From NCBI GenBank assembly GCA_027622665.1, contig JAQBYT010000014.1:26932-90931 (forward strand): a DNA stretch of 64,000 bases, in the 5' to 3' direction. Below the pieces are notes generated by a model that ran no database searches, had not been told where the DNA came from, and worked only from the letters and a program-made list of their open reading frames with translations. Both the position numbers and the translations under genes were made by a program. How positions within the stretch are numbered: position 1 is the first letter of the stretch; every line of letters starts with the position of its first letter. The DNA is from Verrucomicrobiota bacterium (GTDB lineage: Bacteria > Verrucomicrobiota > Verrucomicrobiia > Opitutales > Seribacteraceae). This document shows, piece by piece, positions 31,175-40,105 of the stretch.

Positions 31175-31399
31175 TTATCTTAGTGTCTCGTTTCGTCTTA
31201 CGATTTGTTTACGGAAGACATCGTAAGCTTCTTCGGCTGAAAGGACGGAAAGCTGTCCTTCCGAGACTTCGCGCCCCAGCACTGTTCCCTCGGGGTAGCC
31301 CCACTGGTCGGCGTGGAGTGTGGCGCTCTTGTACCAGGGACCAAGTAGGATGAGCGATGGAATCCTGAATGCCCCTGCTAAGTGCATGCATAAAGAGGT
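31175..31399 (-). pseudogene. 3'-terminal remnant of a GT9 glycosyltransferase, paralogue of 33031-34083
   Basis: TSLCMHLAGAFRIPSLILLGPWYKSATLHADQWGYPEGTVLGRE is 33/44 identical (hand alignment, ungapped) to the C-terminal region of 33031-34083. Confidence 0.9.
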
Positions 31400-31563
31400 A
31401 AATGTCGGGCAACTGAATGAAACGTTTCTCCCGTTGCAGAATCTATGCTCTTGATTTGGCATGAATGCCCGAGTTTCTCCAGTTCTTTACCTGAGAGATC
31501 AATATAATCGCTGATTCCGCATTTGCCCAGCAGGAACTTGCCCATAAAAAAAGCGATCTTCAG
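31378..31563 (-). pseudogene. 5'-terminal remnant of a GT4-like glycosyltransferase, paralogue of 29080-30117 (not in ORF track)
   Basis: CTG start overlapping the upstream TGA. (M)KIAFFMGKFLLGKCGISDYIDLSGKELEKLGHSC...ARHLP is 23/56 identical (ungapped) to the N-terminus of 29080-30117, then runs out of frame into the GT9 remnant. Confidence 0.88.
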
Positions 31564-33034
31564 AAGTCCTCCTTTAAAAGGTTTTGAGAAAATCTAATTA
31601 CCGTAGGATAATCACACAGCTTTTTGATTTGGTAATTATTTTTCTTGGCCCAGTTCTCGGGTTCGAAATCGATCAAAGAATGGGAGCCTGAAAAGTAGAA
31701 GTGGTAGATGAATGTTTTGTGATTTTTCAAATCGTTTACGGAAGCAGGTGTCATAGCTTTGTTGAATCTTGGCAATTGGGTGAAATCCTCTTTGTTTGTG
31801 CGTAATAGAAAAGATTGGTTTACCCAAATAGGGTCGTGCAAAATTCTTAAAAACGTAGGAAGATGGTTTGTATAAAAAGGAAGATTTTCGTCGAGAACTT
31901 GTTTGTGGTCGAAATCCATCGAGCCAGCGTATAGAGGTACATTCAACGGCTTTTCATCCCAAATATTTCTCTTAGCCCAAGAGAAAGTAGAAACTAATGA
32001 AACAACCAAGATGATTATTTTGGATTTTCGATTAAGAATTGTTGGCATAATTCGAACGGAGAGCCAAACCATCACCGCACATATACTAAATTGGCAGGGG
32101 ATAAAGTACCTGTAATACATGCCTTCCCCAAATGTTTGGAGGAGTATAATTCCAATAAAAAAGGGGAAAAGGGAAAGAAGAGCTTGCCCTGCCGGAAGGT
32201 CATCTTTGATTGCGGAGTGTTTCCTGTTCCCACACAAGTGCACAAAAAATAGAGCAACAAAAAGCACAAGCGCAGGAGCTATGAGGGCTTTGTATATTGA
32301 AATAATTTGTCCGAAAGTGGCTTCGGGGGTGGTGCCTTTGTAAAACATAAATCCTAATTGTTGAGGTAAGAAAAAGAGGTACGCACCGAGGGTAGGGATA
32401 AGGAGAAATGCAATATAACTAAGCTTTCTGGTTATAGGGAAATTGCAGAACAACAAGGGAGTGCAAATAAGCAATGATATGGGTAACCCATAGTAGTGAG
32501 ATAACGTGAGGGTTTGAAACCCCATCCACATGAAAAGAAATTTTTAAACGAGCAATCTTTTTGAAACCTTATGGCAAAAATGGCTAATGCCAATGTGGCG
32601 CAATAGTACAGGCAATAGGGACGAATGTAGATGACTTGCGTAAGGAATGCTGATTTGATGGTTGCTATGATGACTGTGGAAAATGAGGCAATCCACGGGC
32701 TGACAAACACTTTTAAAAAGCGGTAACTGAGATACAAACTAAGCCAAAGTAAAGGCAGGTGCGCCCAAAGCAGGATGTTTTTTCCTAACCCAATAACTTC
32801 TACTAGCAAATAAGCCGTTAAAAAATACAAAGGGGGAAAAAAGTTTAGTCCTGAAGACATCGCCTCAACAAGTCCTTCAAGGCTTTCTTGGTCAATTAAA
32901 GTCAAGGTTAGCAAGTCATCTGCTCCAATCCATTCGAAGTGGGCAAACTGGATGTTGAGATAAACGCTTTGAACAGATGCCGCCAATAAGAGCGGAAATA
33001 AATGAAGTTTAAATTTTAGAGCCTTCAGCATCAC
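31560..33034 (-). CDS. Polytopic membrane protein, GT-C/ArnT-PMT-like; one gene split by a -1 frameshift at about 32533-32536
   Basis: N-terminal WIGADD acidic loop, PPLYF, IRPY, many TM segments. Adding one T to the T4 run joins ORFs 32432-33034 and 31560-32531 (KNFFFMWMGF). Confidence 0.7.
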
Positions 33035-34083
33035 TTTTTTTTAAATTCCTTCACAATTAAATCATGGGCTTGGGAAACTCCGCAGATCGCAGGTTTGTTC
33101 TTTTCTTTCCCTATAACAATTCCCTCCGGATATCCCCATTGCTTGTAGTGGAGCTTGGCGCTGTCATACCACTCGCCGAGCAAGGTTAGGGAAGGAATGC
33201 GGAACGCTCCGGCTAGGTGCATGGGGAGAGAACTGTTGGTTATCACGAAATCGGATTTGGCGACCATGGCCGCCGATTGTCGAAGTGACAATTCTCCGCA
33301 AAAATTTTCCATGCGCTGGGCTTTCGCCGATAGATCGCTTGTGGGAATTCTGCACCTGTCCTCTGAAGATCCTATGATCGCAATCTTATGAACCGTTTGT
33401 TCGACAAACAGGTGCGCGAGCTTGGAGAATTTATCATTTCCCCAGCACTTTTCTGGGAAACCACCTCCGGGAGCGATGATGATGCGTTTTGATTCCGATT
33501 TTCTTTCGCCCCACCTGTTTTCCGCTTCCTGCTTTTCCCTGTCAGTCAGGAAAATGCGAGGGCGTGGTTCGATTTCGACTTTCGCATCAAGCAGCTCAAG
33601 GAAAGCAAGCCCGGCTTCTGCAACCTTTCGATCCTCTCTGAAGTCGACGCATGCCTCGCACCAAGTGTCTCCGCCCGCATAACCTCGAACGCCATAACGA
33701 TTCGGGATGCCCGCGCGTCTTAGCAACCACGAACCCTGTCTGCTCCCCAAGATGTCGATCCCGTGAGTGTATCTTTGTCTTCTGACATACCGGGCTTCCC
33801 GCGAAAAGAGAATATAAGTCAAGCCTTCTAAGAAAGTACGAGGTGAGTTGGCTGGGAATCGGCAATTTTGCTTGTTGTGCCAAGGGGCGTTGCATTGAAC
33901 TATTTCGTCAAGGTCTGTGTTGTTTTTAAGGAGACTTGCAGCCCAATCTCCAACACCCATGGAAATGTGTGATTCAGGAAATGCCTTCCTTAATCCGCGA
34001 ACCAAGGGGGTGGCGACCAAAACGTCTCCCAAGTCATTGTTGCGTAGGATGAAGATTTTCTCGGGCTGTTTAATTTTATTCAG
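33031..34083 (-). CDS. Glycosyltransferase family 9 (heptosyltransferase-like); probable non-canonical start (CTG 34083 or ATT 34074)
   Basis: KIFILRNNDLGDVLVATP, APGGGFPEKCW, ITNSSLPMHLA. The first motif lies upstream of the annotated TTG. Confidence 0.9.
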   Translation of the reverse strand: MNKIKQPEKIFILRNNDLGDVLVATPLVRGLRKAFPESHISMGVGDWAASLLKNNTDLDEIVQCNAPWHNKQNCRFPANSPRTFLEGLTYILFSREARYVRRQRYTHGIDILGSRQGSWLLRRAGIPNRYGVRGYAGGDTWCEACVDFREDRKVAEAGLAFLELLDAKVEIEPRPRIFLTDREKQEAENRWGERKSESKRIIIAPGGGFPEKCWGNDKFSKLAHLFVEQTVHKIAIIGSSEDRCRIPTSDLSAKAQRMENFCGELSLRQSAAMVAKSDFVITNSSLPMHLAGAFRIPSLTLLGEWYDSAKLHYKQWGYPEGIVIGKEKNKPAICGVSQAHDLIVKEFKKK

Positions 34084-34946
34084 GCAGGAGCCAAGGCTAG
34101 GGCATCAGTTGCAAAATTTCCCGGGTACTCTTCCGCACGGAAACGAGAAAGAAGTAGCGAACCTTGTTCAAGAAAAATTTCATTCGGACTATTCCCAAAG
34201 ACCCCGAAATCTTCTTCCTTGCAGAGATAGAGTTCATACCCATGGGATTCCAAATATGCGAGAGGGGCATTTGCAGATCTTCCATACCTAGCCTGGTTTT
34301 CGGGCATGATCTCTATGTAGATCGCCTTGACTCTGTGTTCGGAAAGGCATTTCCTCCAACCTTGCAGAGCGGGAAGTTCGTGCCCTTCTAGGTCAATTTT
34401 AGCGAAGTCCACCGAATCGGTTCCTTTGTTATCGCAATATTCATCCAGGAGAAGATTTTGGATCTCGATTCCCGAATCCAGTTTCGTGGAAACATGCGAT
34501 TGGCCGGATTGATTCGGTTCCAAGTGAAAGCGTGTCTTTCCAGTCGAGTCACTTACGCATACATGGTTCAAGGTGAATTCTTGATCGGGATGCAGATCGA
34601 TCGATTGCTCCAGCAATTTTATCAAGTGGGGGTTTGCCTCAAACAAATGATAGCTTGAGGTGGGACGATCCGGGACGAGACCAAACGAGCAAAATCCGAC
34701 ATTTGTCCCCAAATCGAAGAAAGTGCCATCCTTCGGCATGAGTGCATTGGCGATGTCAAAGAAATGAGGCTCGAACTCGTGCTGGATGAACACATTTCTT
34801 GGTTCGGGGTCGGAGAGATCAACGATTGCCCTTGAACCGTTGTTGAAATTAATTTCGCTAATCTTTTCCTGAAGACCCGCCTTGCAAAGAAAATCAATGC
34901 TTTTGTGCCGGTGGAAAAACCTAGGTAGCCAATGAAGAAGTTGCAT
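34080..34946 (-). CDS. FkbM-family methyltransferase (start ATG 34946)
   Basis: FDLGTNVG, LFEAN, AKIDLEGHE. Confidence 0.9.
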   Translation of the reverse strand: MQLLHWLPRFFHRHKSIDFLCKAGLQEKISEINFNNGSRAIVDLSDPEPRNVFIQHEFEPHFFDIANALMPKDGTFFDLGTNVGFCSFGLVPDRPTSSYHLFEANPHLIKLLEQSIDLHPDQEFTLNHVCVSDSTGKTRFHLEPNQSGQSHVSTKLDSGIEIQNLLLDEYCDNKGTDSVDFAKIDLEGHELPALQGWRKCLSEHRVKAIYIEIMPENQARYGRSANAPLAYLESHGYELYLCKEEDFGVFGNSPNEIFLEQGSLLLSRFRAEEYPGNFATDALALAPA

Positions 34947-35625
34947 GGAGGTAGAAATAGTCCCCATCTTGACGCGGACCTTGATTCGGATCGTATTGAG
35001 GGAAGCCCTTTTCGATCTTGCGAAAGGAGTCGTATCCAAGGCTCTCCAGGAGTTCGACCAATTCGATCCTTCCCTCATCTGGGAGGGTGATTTCGAGCGA
35101 GATTTGGGGGCGATGGCGTGCCAGCGTATCCTTCATTCCCTTCAAGGCATTCAGTTCGAAGCCCTCAACATCACATTTTAGAAAATCCAATCGGCTTAGC
35201 TTCACTTGCCGAGCATATGTGTCGAGCGGGAGCACCTTCACCGTTCTTGTTGAAGCCGGGGCGATTGATTCGCCAAGAAGGCTTGCCTTTTCAGGATCCT
35301 TCGGGTCGTAGGACATTTCCATCCTTCCCTCGGAGTCTCCGGCAGCAAGGTTGTTTGCCTTAGCGTTCTTCAAGTTTCGCAAGGCATGCTCTAATGATTC
35401 AAATGTTTCTGGTACCGGTTCGAAGCAGTGTACATACCCGTGTTTCCCACATAGTTTCGAGAACAGGACGGAAAAATATCCAATGTTTGCCCCAATATCG
35501 AAAATCACATCTCCTTTCTTAATGGATCGGAGGTAGAGCTGTTTCTCGAAATTAACGGAACTCTTCCAGGCGGAGAGCCAAGCATAGACATGCGGGAATC
35601 TAAGGAGCCAAGAAAACTTAGTCAC
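34921..35625 (-). CDS. FkbM-family methyltransferase (start GTG 35625)
   Basis: FDIGANIGY, CFEPVP, LKCDVEGFE. Confidence 0.9.
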   Translation of the reverse strand: MTKFSWLLRFPHVYAWLSAWKSSVNFEKQLYLRSIKKGDVIFDIGANIGYFSVLFSKLCGKHGYVHCFEPVPETFESLEHALRNLKNAKANNLAAGDSEGRMEMSYDPKDPEKASLLGESIAPASTRTVKVLPLDTYARQVKLSRLDFLKCDVEGFELNALKGMKDTLARHRPQISLEITLPDEGRIELVELLESLGYDSFRKIEKGFPQYDPNQGPRQDGDYFYLHATSSLAT

Positions 35626-36016
35626 TCTTCTGCTTGTCGTGATGGAAGAAATGAAGGCATGAGGTTCTTGCTTTTTCGCGAAATCCGTTGCGGATGTAGA
35701 TGTTAATCGCCGCCTCATTATGAGTCTCGGTCGTTATCTCAACAGACGAAACTTTTTCCATGGCGGCCTTGATCAGGGTATGCTCGACCAAACGAGAACC
35801 TATCCCTTTTCTTTTATCCAGCACTGAGACTAGGTCTATTTTGAGGCTGTCTTTTTGCCGGAGGGTAATGCAGAGTCCCGACTGTAGGGAATAAACAGTT
35901 TTGTTTGGAAAAGAAAAGGAATTTTCAATCCACTTCGAGTAAAATCGGCTGATCGCGTCACTCGGGATCCGAGAGTCGAAACCTTCCATTCTGCCTTTTT
36001 CGATCGTCGGCTTCAT
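35618..36016 (-). CDS. GNAT acetyltransferase, WecD-like; N-terminally truncated or chimeric
   Basis: DSRIP...FYSKWIENS, IDLVSV, KRKGIG, TETHNEAAINIYIRNGF align with the C-terminal half of 62075-62815; only 132 aa. Confidence 0.75.
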   Translation of the reverse strand: MKPTIEKGRMEGFDSRIPSDAISRFYSKWIENSFSFPNKTVYSLQSGLCITLRQKDSLKIDLVSVLDKRKGIGSRLVEHTLIKAAMEKVSSVEITTETHNEAAINIYIRNGFREKARTSCLHFFHHDKQKSD

Positions 36017-36756
36017 TTTTCCAAGAATCGCCGGCTAATGCGGCGGGCAAGAGCTTTGGATAGGTTGCGTGCGGAGGTGTTGTCGATGTCCAGTTCCTCG
36101 GCTTTTTCGCGAAAGGAATCGGGATGGACGAGGTGAGCCCCGCCGAAGGAATGCTCGAGCGAGATCTCTTCGTCCGAGGCCTTATGTATGCGATTTTCGT
36201 AGAGAAAAAAGTTTTGGCGATACCACCAAGCGATGCGTTCGTCGTCCCAAAAGTGCGGGCGTAGGATATCGAGCTGGGTGAAGCCGCAGTCTTGGAATTT
36301 CTCGGCCCAGTAGGCGGGTGGTCGTTCATTGAGATGGTGGAGTCCTCCTTGTCCCGGAATGGCGGCGGAGAAGAGAATTCGGTCAGAAAGGCGGGTTAGT
36401 TGACGAACCAAGTTGTCGGCGGCTTTTTCGTGCAGGTGCTCGGCGACTTCGAGACTCATGGCGAGGTCGAAGCGTTCACTTTCCGGGGCTTGAAAGGTCT
36501 CGATATCCAAGACGGTGAATTGTTCCTCGGGAATAAGGAGATCTTCTTTCTTTCCCCACGGCCCGTCGAAGCCGCGTATAGTTTCTACCCCGCGTTTTTT
36601 GAAGACTGAGAGCCATGCCCCTTCGGCGCTCCCGATGTCCACGACGGAGTGCGGGGAGAAACGTTCGAGGAGAAAGGGCACGAGGGCTTCGGCGGAGGAA
36701 AGAGCCGGGCGGGAACGCCGGGAGTAATATTGACTGTCGTAGTCTTTGTTAGGCAT
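36013..36756 (-). CDS. Class I SAM-dependent methyltransferase (start ATG 36756)
   Basis: VVDIGSAEG, SLEVAEHL, FSAAIPGQGG.HH.NE, WWYRQN. Confidence 0.88.
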   Translation of the reverse strand: MPNKDYDSQYYSRRSRPALSSAEALVPFLLERFSPHSVVDIGSAEGAWLSVFKKRGVETIRGFDGPWGKKEDLLIPEEQFTVLDIETFQAPESERFDLAMSLEVAEHLHEKAADNLVRQLTRLSDRILFSAAIPGQGGLHHLNERPPAYWAEKFQDCGFTQLDILRPHFWDDERIAWWYRQNFFLYENRIHKASDEEISLEHSFGGAHLVHPDSFREKAEELDIDNTSARNLSKALARRISRRFLEK

Positions 36757-36766
36757 GGTCGATTTC

Positions 36767-37864
36767 CTAGGACAGTATGAGGGCGATGCGTTGAATCGTC
36801 GCTGACGGGGAAGCTTCTTGGGCCAAGGTACGAAGTTTGGAGTGCTCTTCCTCTGATGGAGGATCTGCAGTCGCCACACGGACACATCTTAGAAAAGATT
36901 TCTCGTCAGGGGCGATACTTACGAGTGGGGCATATTGCTCAACAGTGGGAATTGGAGAGCTGATGATCGGTTTTCCGAGAGCCGCGTATTCAAATAGTTT
37001 GTTTGGGCAACAGCCGGCGTTAAATCCTGAAGTCTTGTAGGGAATTATACAGGCATCCGCAGCGTGAGTAAGGTTTGCAAGTTCGGCATAGTTTAAATCT
37101 TCGAAAAGAAAAACATTCGTTTGGGCAATGAGCTTTTCGATGGCAGCCTTCGTTTCATGATGACCATCCGGCTTTGCTCCAATCAGAATCGCGTGATCGG
37201 GAAGATTTGAAGCAAGAGAATGGAGTAGAGTGAAATCAATGCGCCCGATTGATAATCCTCCTATGTAAACAATGGTTTTTTGGAAGTTTTTGCTAAAATC
37301 AAAACGAGGAGATAAGGGATTTGAACTATCGAAATCCATGAAAGCTTGTCCCGCGCAAGTACTGGACTGAAAAGAAGCTCCCTGAAAACAGGATGGGATG
37401 TTTTCGATTCCTTTGGTTGTCCATGGCATTACCAGATCGTAGTTTTCATAATCCGAAAACTCTTCTACCGGTCGAAAGTAATCTCCGGGCCAGTAAATAC
37501 TCTTCGAAAACAAGTTCTTGTTAGCTAACCAAGGATGCGAACAAGCTATGGACCAAAGATCAGTTTCCAGTAGTTTCCCTAAAGATGATTGGAGTTGGAT
37601 TCGAAACAAAAAGCGATCAACTGCCCGAAATCTCTCGTACTCATTGCGAAGAGAGAACGGTCGTCGCACCGTTACTCCGTTGATGATTCGTTTGCGCTCT
37701 CGCAACCATGTCAGCGGATTGCGAGTGGGAGGATCAAACCATGTAACGTATGAATTGGGTTTTGCGGCCAGTTCTAAGGCGTAAAGCTTCTGGAATACAT
37801 GGAGGTAGTAGTCCCAGAAGCATCTACTAATGAAGATTGAGTGCTTTGCAGGCCATTTCTTCAT
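36767..37864 (-). CDS. GT-B-fold glycosyltransferase (TuaH-like GT4; start ATG 37864)
   Basis: YIGGL..RIDF, IIPY, CPNKLFEYAALGKPIIS. Confidence 0.82.
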   Translation of the reverse strand: MKKWPAKHSIFISRCFWDYYLHVFQKLYALELAAKPNSYVTWFDPPTRNPLTWLRERKRIINGVTVRRPFSLRNEYERFRAVDRFLFRIQLQSSLGKLLETDLWSIACSHPWLANKNLFSKSIYWPGDYFRPVEEFSDYENYDLVMPWTTKGIENIPSCFQGASFQSSTCAGQAFMDFDSSNPLSPRFDFSKNFQKTIVYIGGLSIGRIDFTLLHSLASNLPDHAILIGAKPDGHHETKAAIEKLIAQTNVFLFEDLNYAELANLTHAADACIIPYKTSGFNAGCCPNKLFEYAALGKPIISSPIPTVEQYAPLVSIAPDEKSFLRCVRVATADPPSEEEHSKLRTLAQEASPSATIQRIALILS

Positions 37865-38736
37865 AACAAAGAGTTGAAGTTCCTCACGAACCAAGCAGTG
37901 CGGAGAGTATTGAGGGCTTGGGCGAAGAGTATGTCCAGACCGCGTCCACCCAATTTGAAGAGACAATATGCGAGATCCTTGGTAAGCATACGGCGAAAGT
38001 GTCGGAGATAGGTGGCTGACGAGCCATGTTCGGCCAAGGCTTCGGGATGTTTCTGAAGAAAGTGGGTGAGGGATTCGAGTTCGTAGCCTTTGCGTTTCCA
38101 GTTTTTGCCTCCTGATCGTAGTCCTCGCCACGGATGGCAGGCGGCAGCCTCGCGCACGAAGGTAGTGGCTACGGCTGCTTTTTTCAGACGGTGGGCAAAG
38201 TCTATGTCCTCGTAGGCGACTTCGAAGCGTTCGTCGAGACCGCCGAGTTCGAGGAAGATGCTTCTTTTTACGCAGATGTTGCTTGTCCAGAACATGCCCC
38301 CGGTCTCGTTGGCGGGGCAGCCTTCCGCCCAAGTGTTTCTTGGGCGGTCAGGGTAAATACGACCTTCTAGGGCACCGAGATTGGGATCGGATTCAATCGC
38401 TTTTTCATAGGCTGATAGGTAGCCGGGTTGGGCGATGCAGTCGTCGTCGATGAAAACGATCCACTCTCCTTGAGCTCGTGCTACCCCTGCGTTGCGGTTT
38501 CCCGCAGGTCCATTTTGTTTACCTTTTCCCCACGAAACCTGAGGGAACTCCTTTTCCACGAGAATCCGACAAAGGTCAGAACGCGAGTCGTCGGTGACTA
38601 TGAGTTCGTAAGAAGGGGCCTCAGGCTGATTATCCGGAGAAAGTGCCTCCAGGCACTGACGCAGATCCTCGGGGCGTTCGTAAGTTGGGATTACTACACT
38701 GAAGAAGGGTGTTTTCTCGTTTTCGGAATTGCTCAT
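37861..38736 (-). CDS. Glycosyltransferase family 2
   Basis: SVVIPTYER, VTDD, GPAGNRNAG, FIDDD, GGLDERF, YEDID. Confidence 0.92.
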   Translation of the reverse strand: MSNSENEKTPFFSVVIPTYERPEDLRQCLEALSPDNQPEAPSYELIVTDDSRSDLCRILVEKEFPQVSWGKGKQNGPAGNRNAGVARAQGEWIVFIDDDCIAQPGYLSAYEKAIESDPNLGALEGRIYPDRPRNTWAEGCPANETGGMFWTSNICVKRSIFLELGGLDERFEVAYEDIDFAHRLKKAAVATTFVREAAACHPWRGLRSGGKNWKRKGYELESLTHFLQKHPEALAEHGSSATYLRHFRRMLTKDLAYCLFKLGGRGLDILFAQALNTLRTAWFVRNFNSLL

Positions 38737-39818
38737 TGCATGAGTTTCTTCAGGAAGTCGACGACATCAGCGTCGAAACGTGCCGGAGAAAAATCTCTCT
38801 CAGCTATTTTTCGTCCCTGATCGCCCATCTCGGACGCGAGGTTCGGTTTTTCAATAAGCAGATTCATCTTGCCCCTCCAGTCCTCGATGTCTTTTGGGCG
38901 GATCCAAAGTCCGCAACCTTCGCTCTCAGGGTCAAGACCAAGACATCCGGACTTCGTCATGAGGACGGGCTTGGCCATGGCCATGCCTTCCAGTAGATTG
39001 GTGTAGCCGCAGGTGTCGTCTGCATCACCCGTAAGCGGAATGCATACGCCAATGCACTGGGCGTACCACTCGCGTAAGGTTGGATAGTCGATGGCTTGAT
39101 CGGGTGGATCGCTGGAGGTGTTGATCCATCGGAGGTTCGGTGGAAGATTTGCGGGGCGTAAGGAGGCTGGACCAATGATGCGTACATCTGCGTTTACCTT
39201 GTTGGCAGCCTGCGTTAAGGTTTCGTAATCCCGTTCGGTTTTTCCCGTGGCGAGGAAGAAGGGTCGTTCGGGGGATGCCTCGGCGGGCTTGCCATCGAAC
39301 AGTTCGAGGTCAACACACCAAGGCAGAAAACGGGACGGGGCATATTTACGGAAGGTTTCTTCGGCCTTTGGAGTGAGGCAGAGGAATCCAGCGTGACAGG
39401 ATAGGCGTTCCGGTCGGTAGGCGGCATGAGCCAAACGGGGACCTTTCTCGACATGGGGAGGTTCTCGGAAAACCCAAGATACAAGTTTGGCTTGTCGAAA
39501 TCGACGAACGAGTGCGAGAGGTCCGCAAACAGAATAGACCAAGTCAGCGGTACGGGCAGCGCGGAAGGCTGCGATTTCCGCCTTAGCCCCGGGCGATCCG
39601 CGAAAGAAAGATTGATTGAGTAGGCTTTCAAGGAGTGAAGGGATACGGACTGAGGACGAGGAAATGGTCGTGGATCTCCAGCTTTTCTCCTTCTCGATTT
39701 TCTCAAGCCCCCAAAGGTGATTGCGAGGATAGAGTCCTTGCTCGATTTCCTTGCGTCTTTCTTCGACATAAGGATGCAGGCAGGCGACAAGCGGTTTGTC
39801 ACGAAGATCCGAGGGCAT
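38733..39818 (-). CDS. Glycosyltransferase family 4 (start ATG 39818)
   Basis: TGKTERDY, GYTNLLEGMAMAKPV, MGDQGR. Confidence 0.88.
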   Translation of the reverse strand: MPSDLRDKPLVACLHPYVEERRKEIEQGLYPRNHLWGLEKIEKEKSWRSTTISSSSVRIPSLLESLLNQSFFRGSPGAKAEIAAFRAARTADLVYSVCGPLALVRRFRQAKLVSWVFREPPHVEKGPRLAHAAYRPERLSCHAGFLCLTPKAEETFRKYAPSRFLPWCVDLELFDGKPAEASPERPFFLATGKTERDYETLTQAANKVNADVRIIGPASLRPANLPPNLRWINTSSDPPDQAIDYPTLREWYAQCIGVCIPLTGDADDTCGYTNLLEGMAMAKPVLMTKSGCLGLDPESEGCGLWIRPKDIEDWRGKMNLLIEKPNLASEMGDQGRKIAERDFSPARFDADVVDFLKKLMQ

Positions 39819-40083
39819 TCGATTTATCGGAGTCGTCGGTAATAGTCTTTGTTTTTCTTCTGGCACAAAGGAGAGATGGCAAACCAATCAATCCAAGCAA
39901 CCAGTAAACGAGGGCAGAGTATAGAAAACCGGCGGAGATGGCGTTTTCGGGGGCTGTTAATCCTTGAAGCAAAAAGGCGAGAGCCCCGTCTCGTGTTCCC
40001 ACGCCCCAAAGGGAGACGGGAACGATTCCAGCAAGAATGGAAGGGGGGGGCACGGCGAATGTATGGGAGAGTGCAAAATTAGC
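39799..40083 (-). pseudogene. 3'-terminal remnant of a YbhN/lysylphosphatidylglycerol-synthase-TM (flippase-like) gene
   Basis: ANFALSHTFAVPPPSILAGIVPVSLWGVGTRDGALAFLL...LVYWLLGLIGLP, with an in-frame stop directly upstream; only about 94 codons of a normally ~300-aa family. Confidence 0.75.
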
Positions 40084-40105
40084 TTAATTCTTGATGAGTC
40101 GGCGA

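Noticed and set aside
37865..38332. Long Arg-rich N-terminal extensions in the ORF track (36767-38332, 22068-23405, 3343-4866, 53281-54057, 34921-35718)
   Set aside because: Alternative-frame overlaps of upstream genes; coupled downstream starts give normal-sized proteins.
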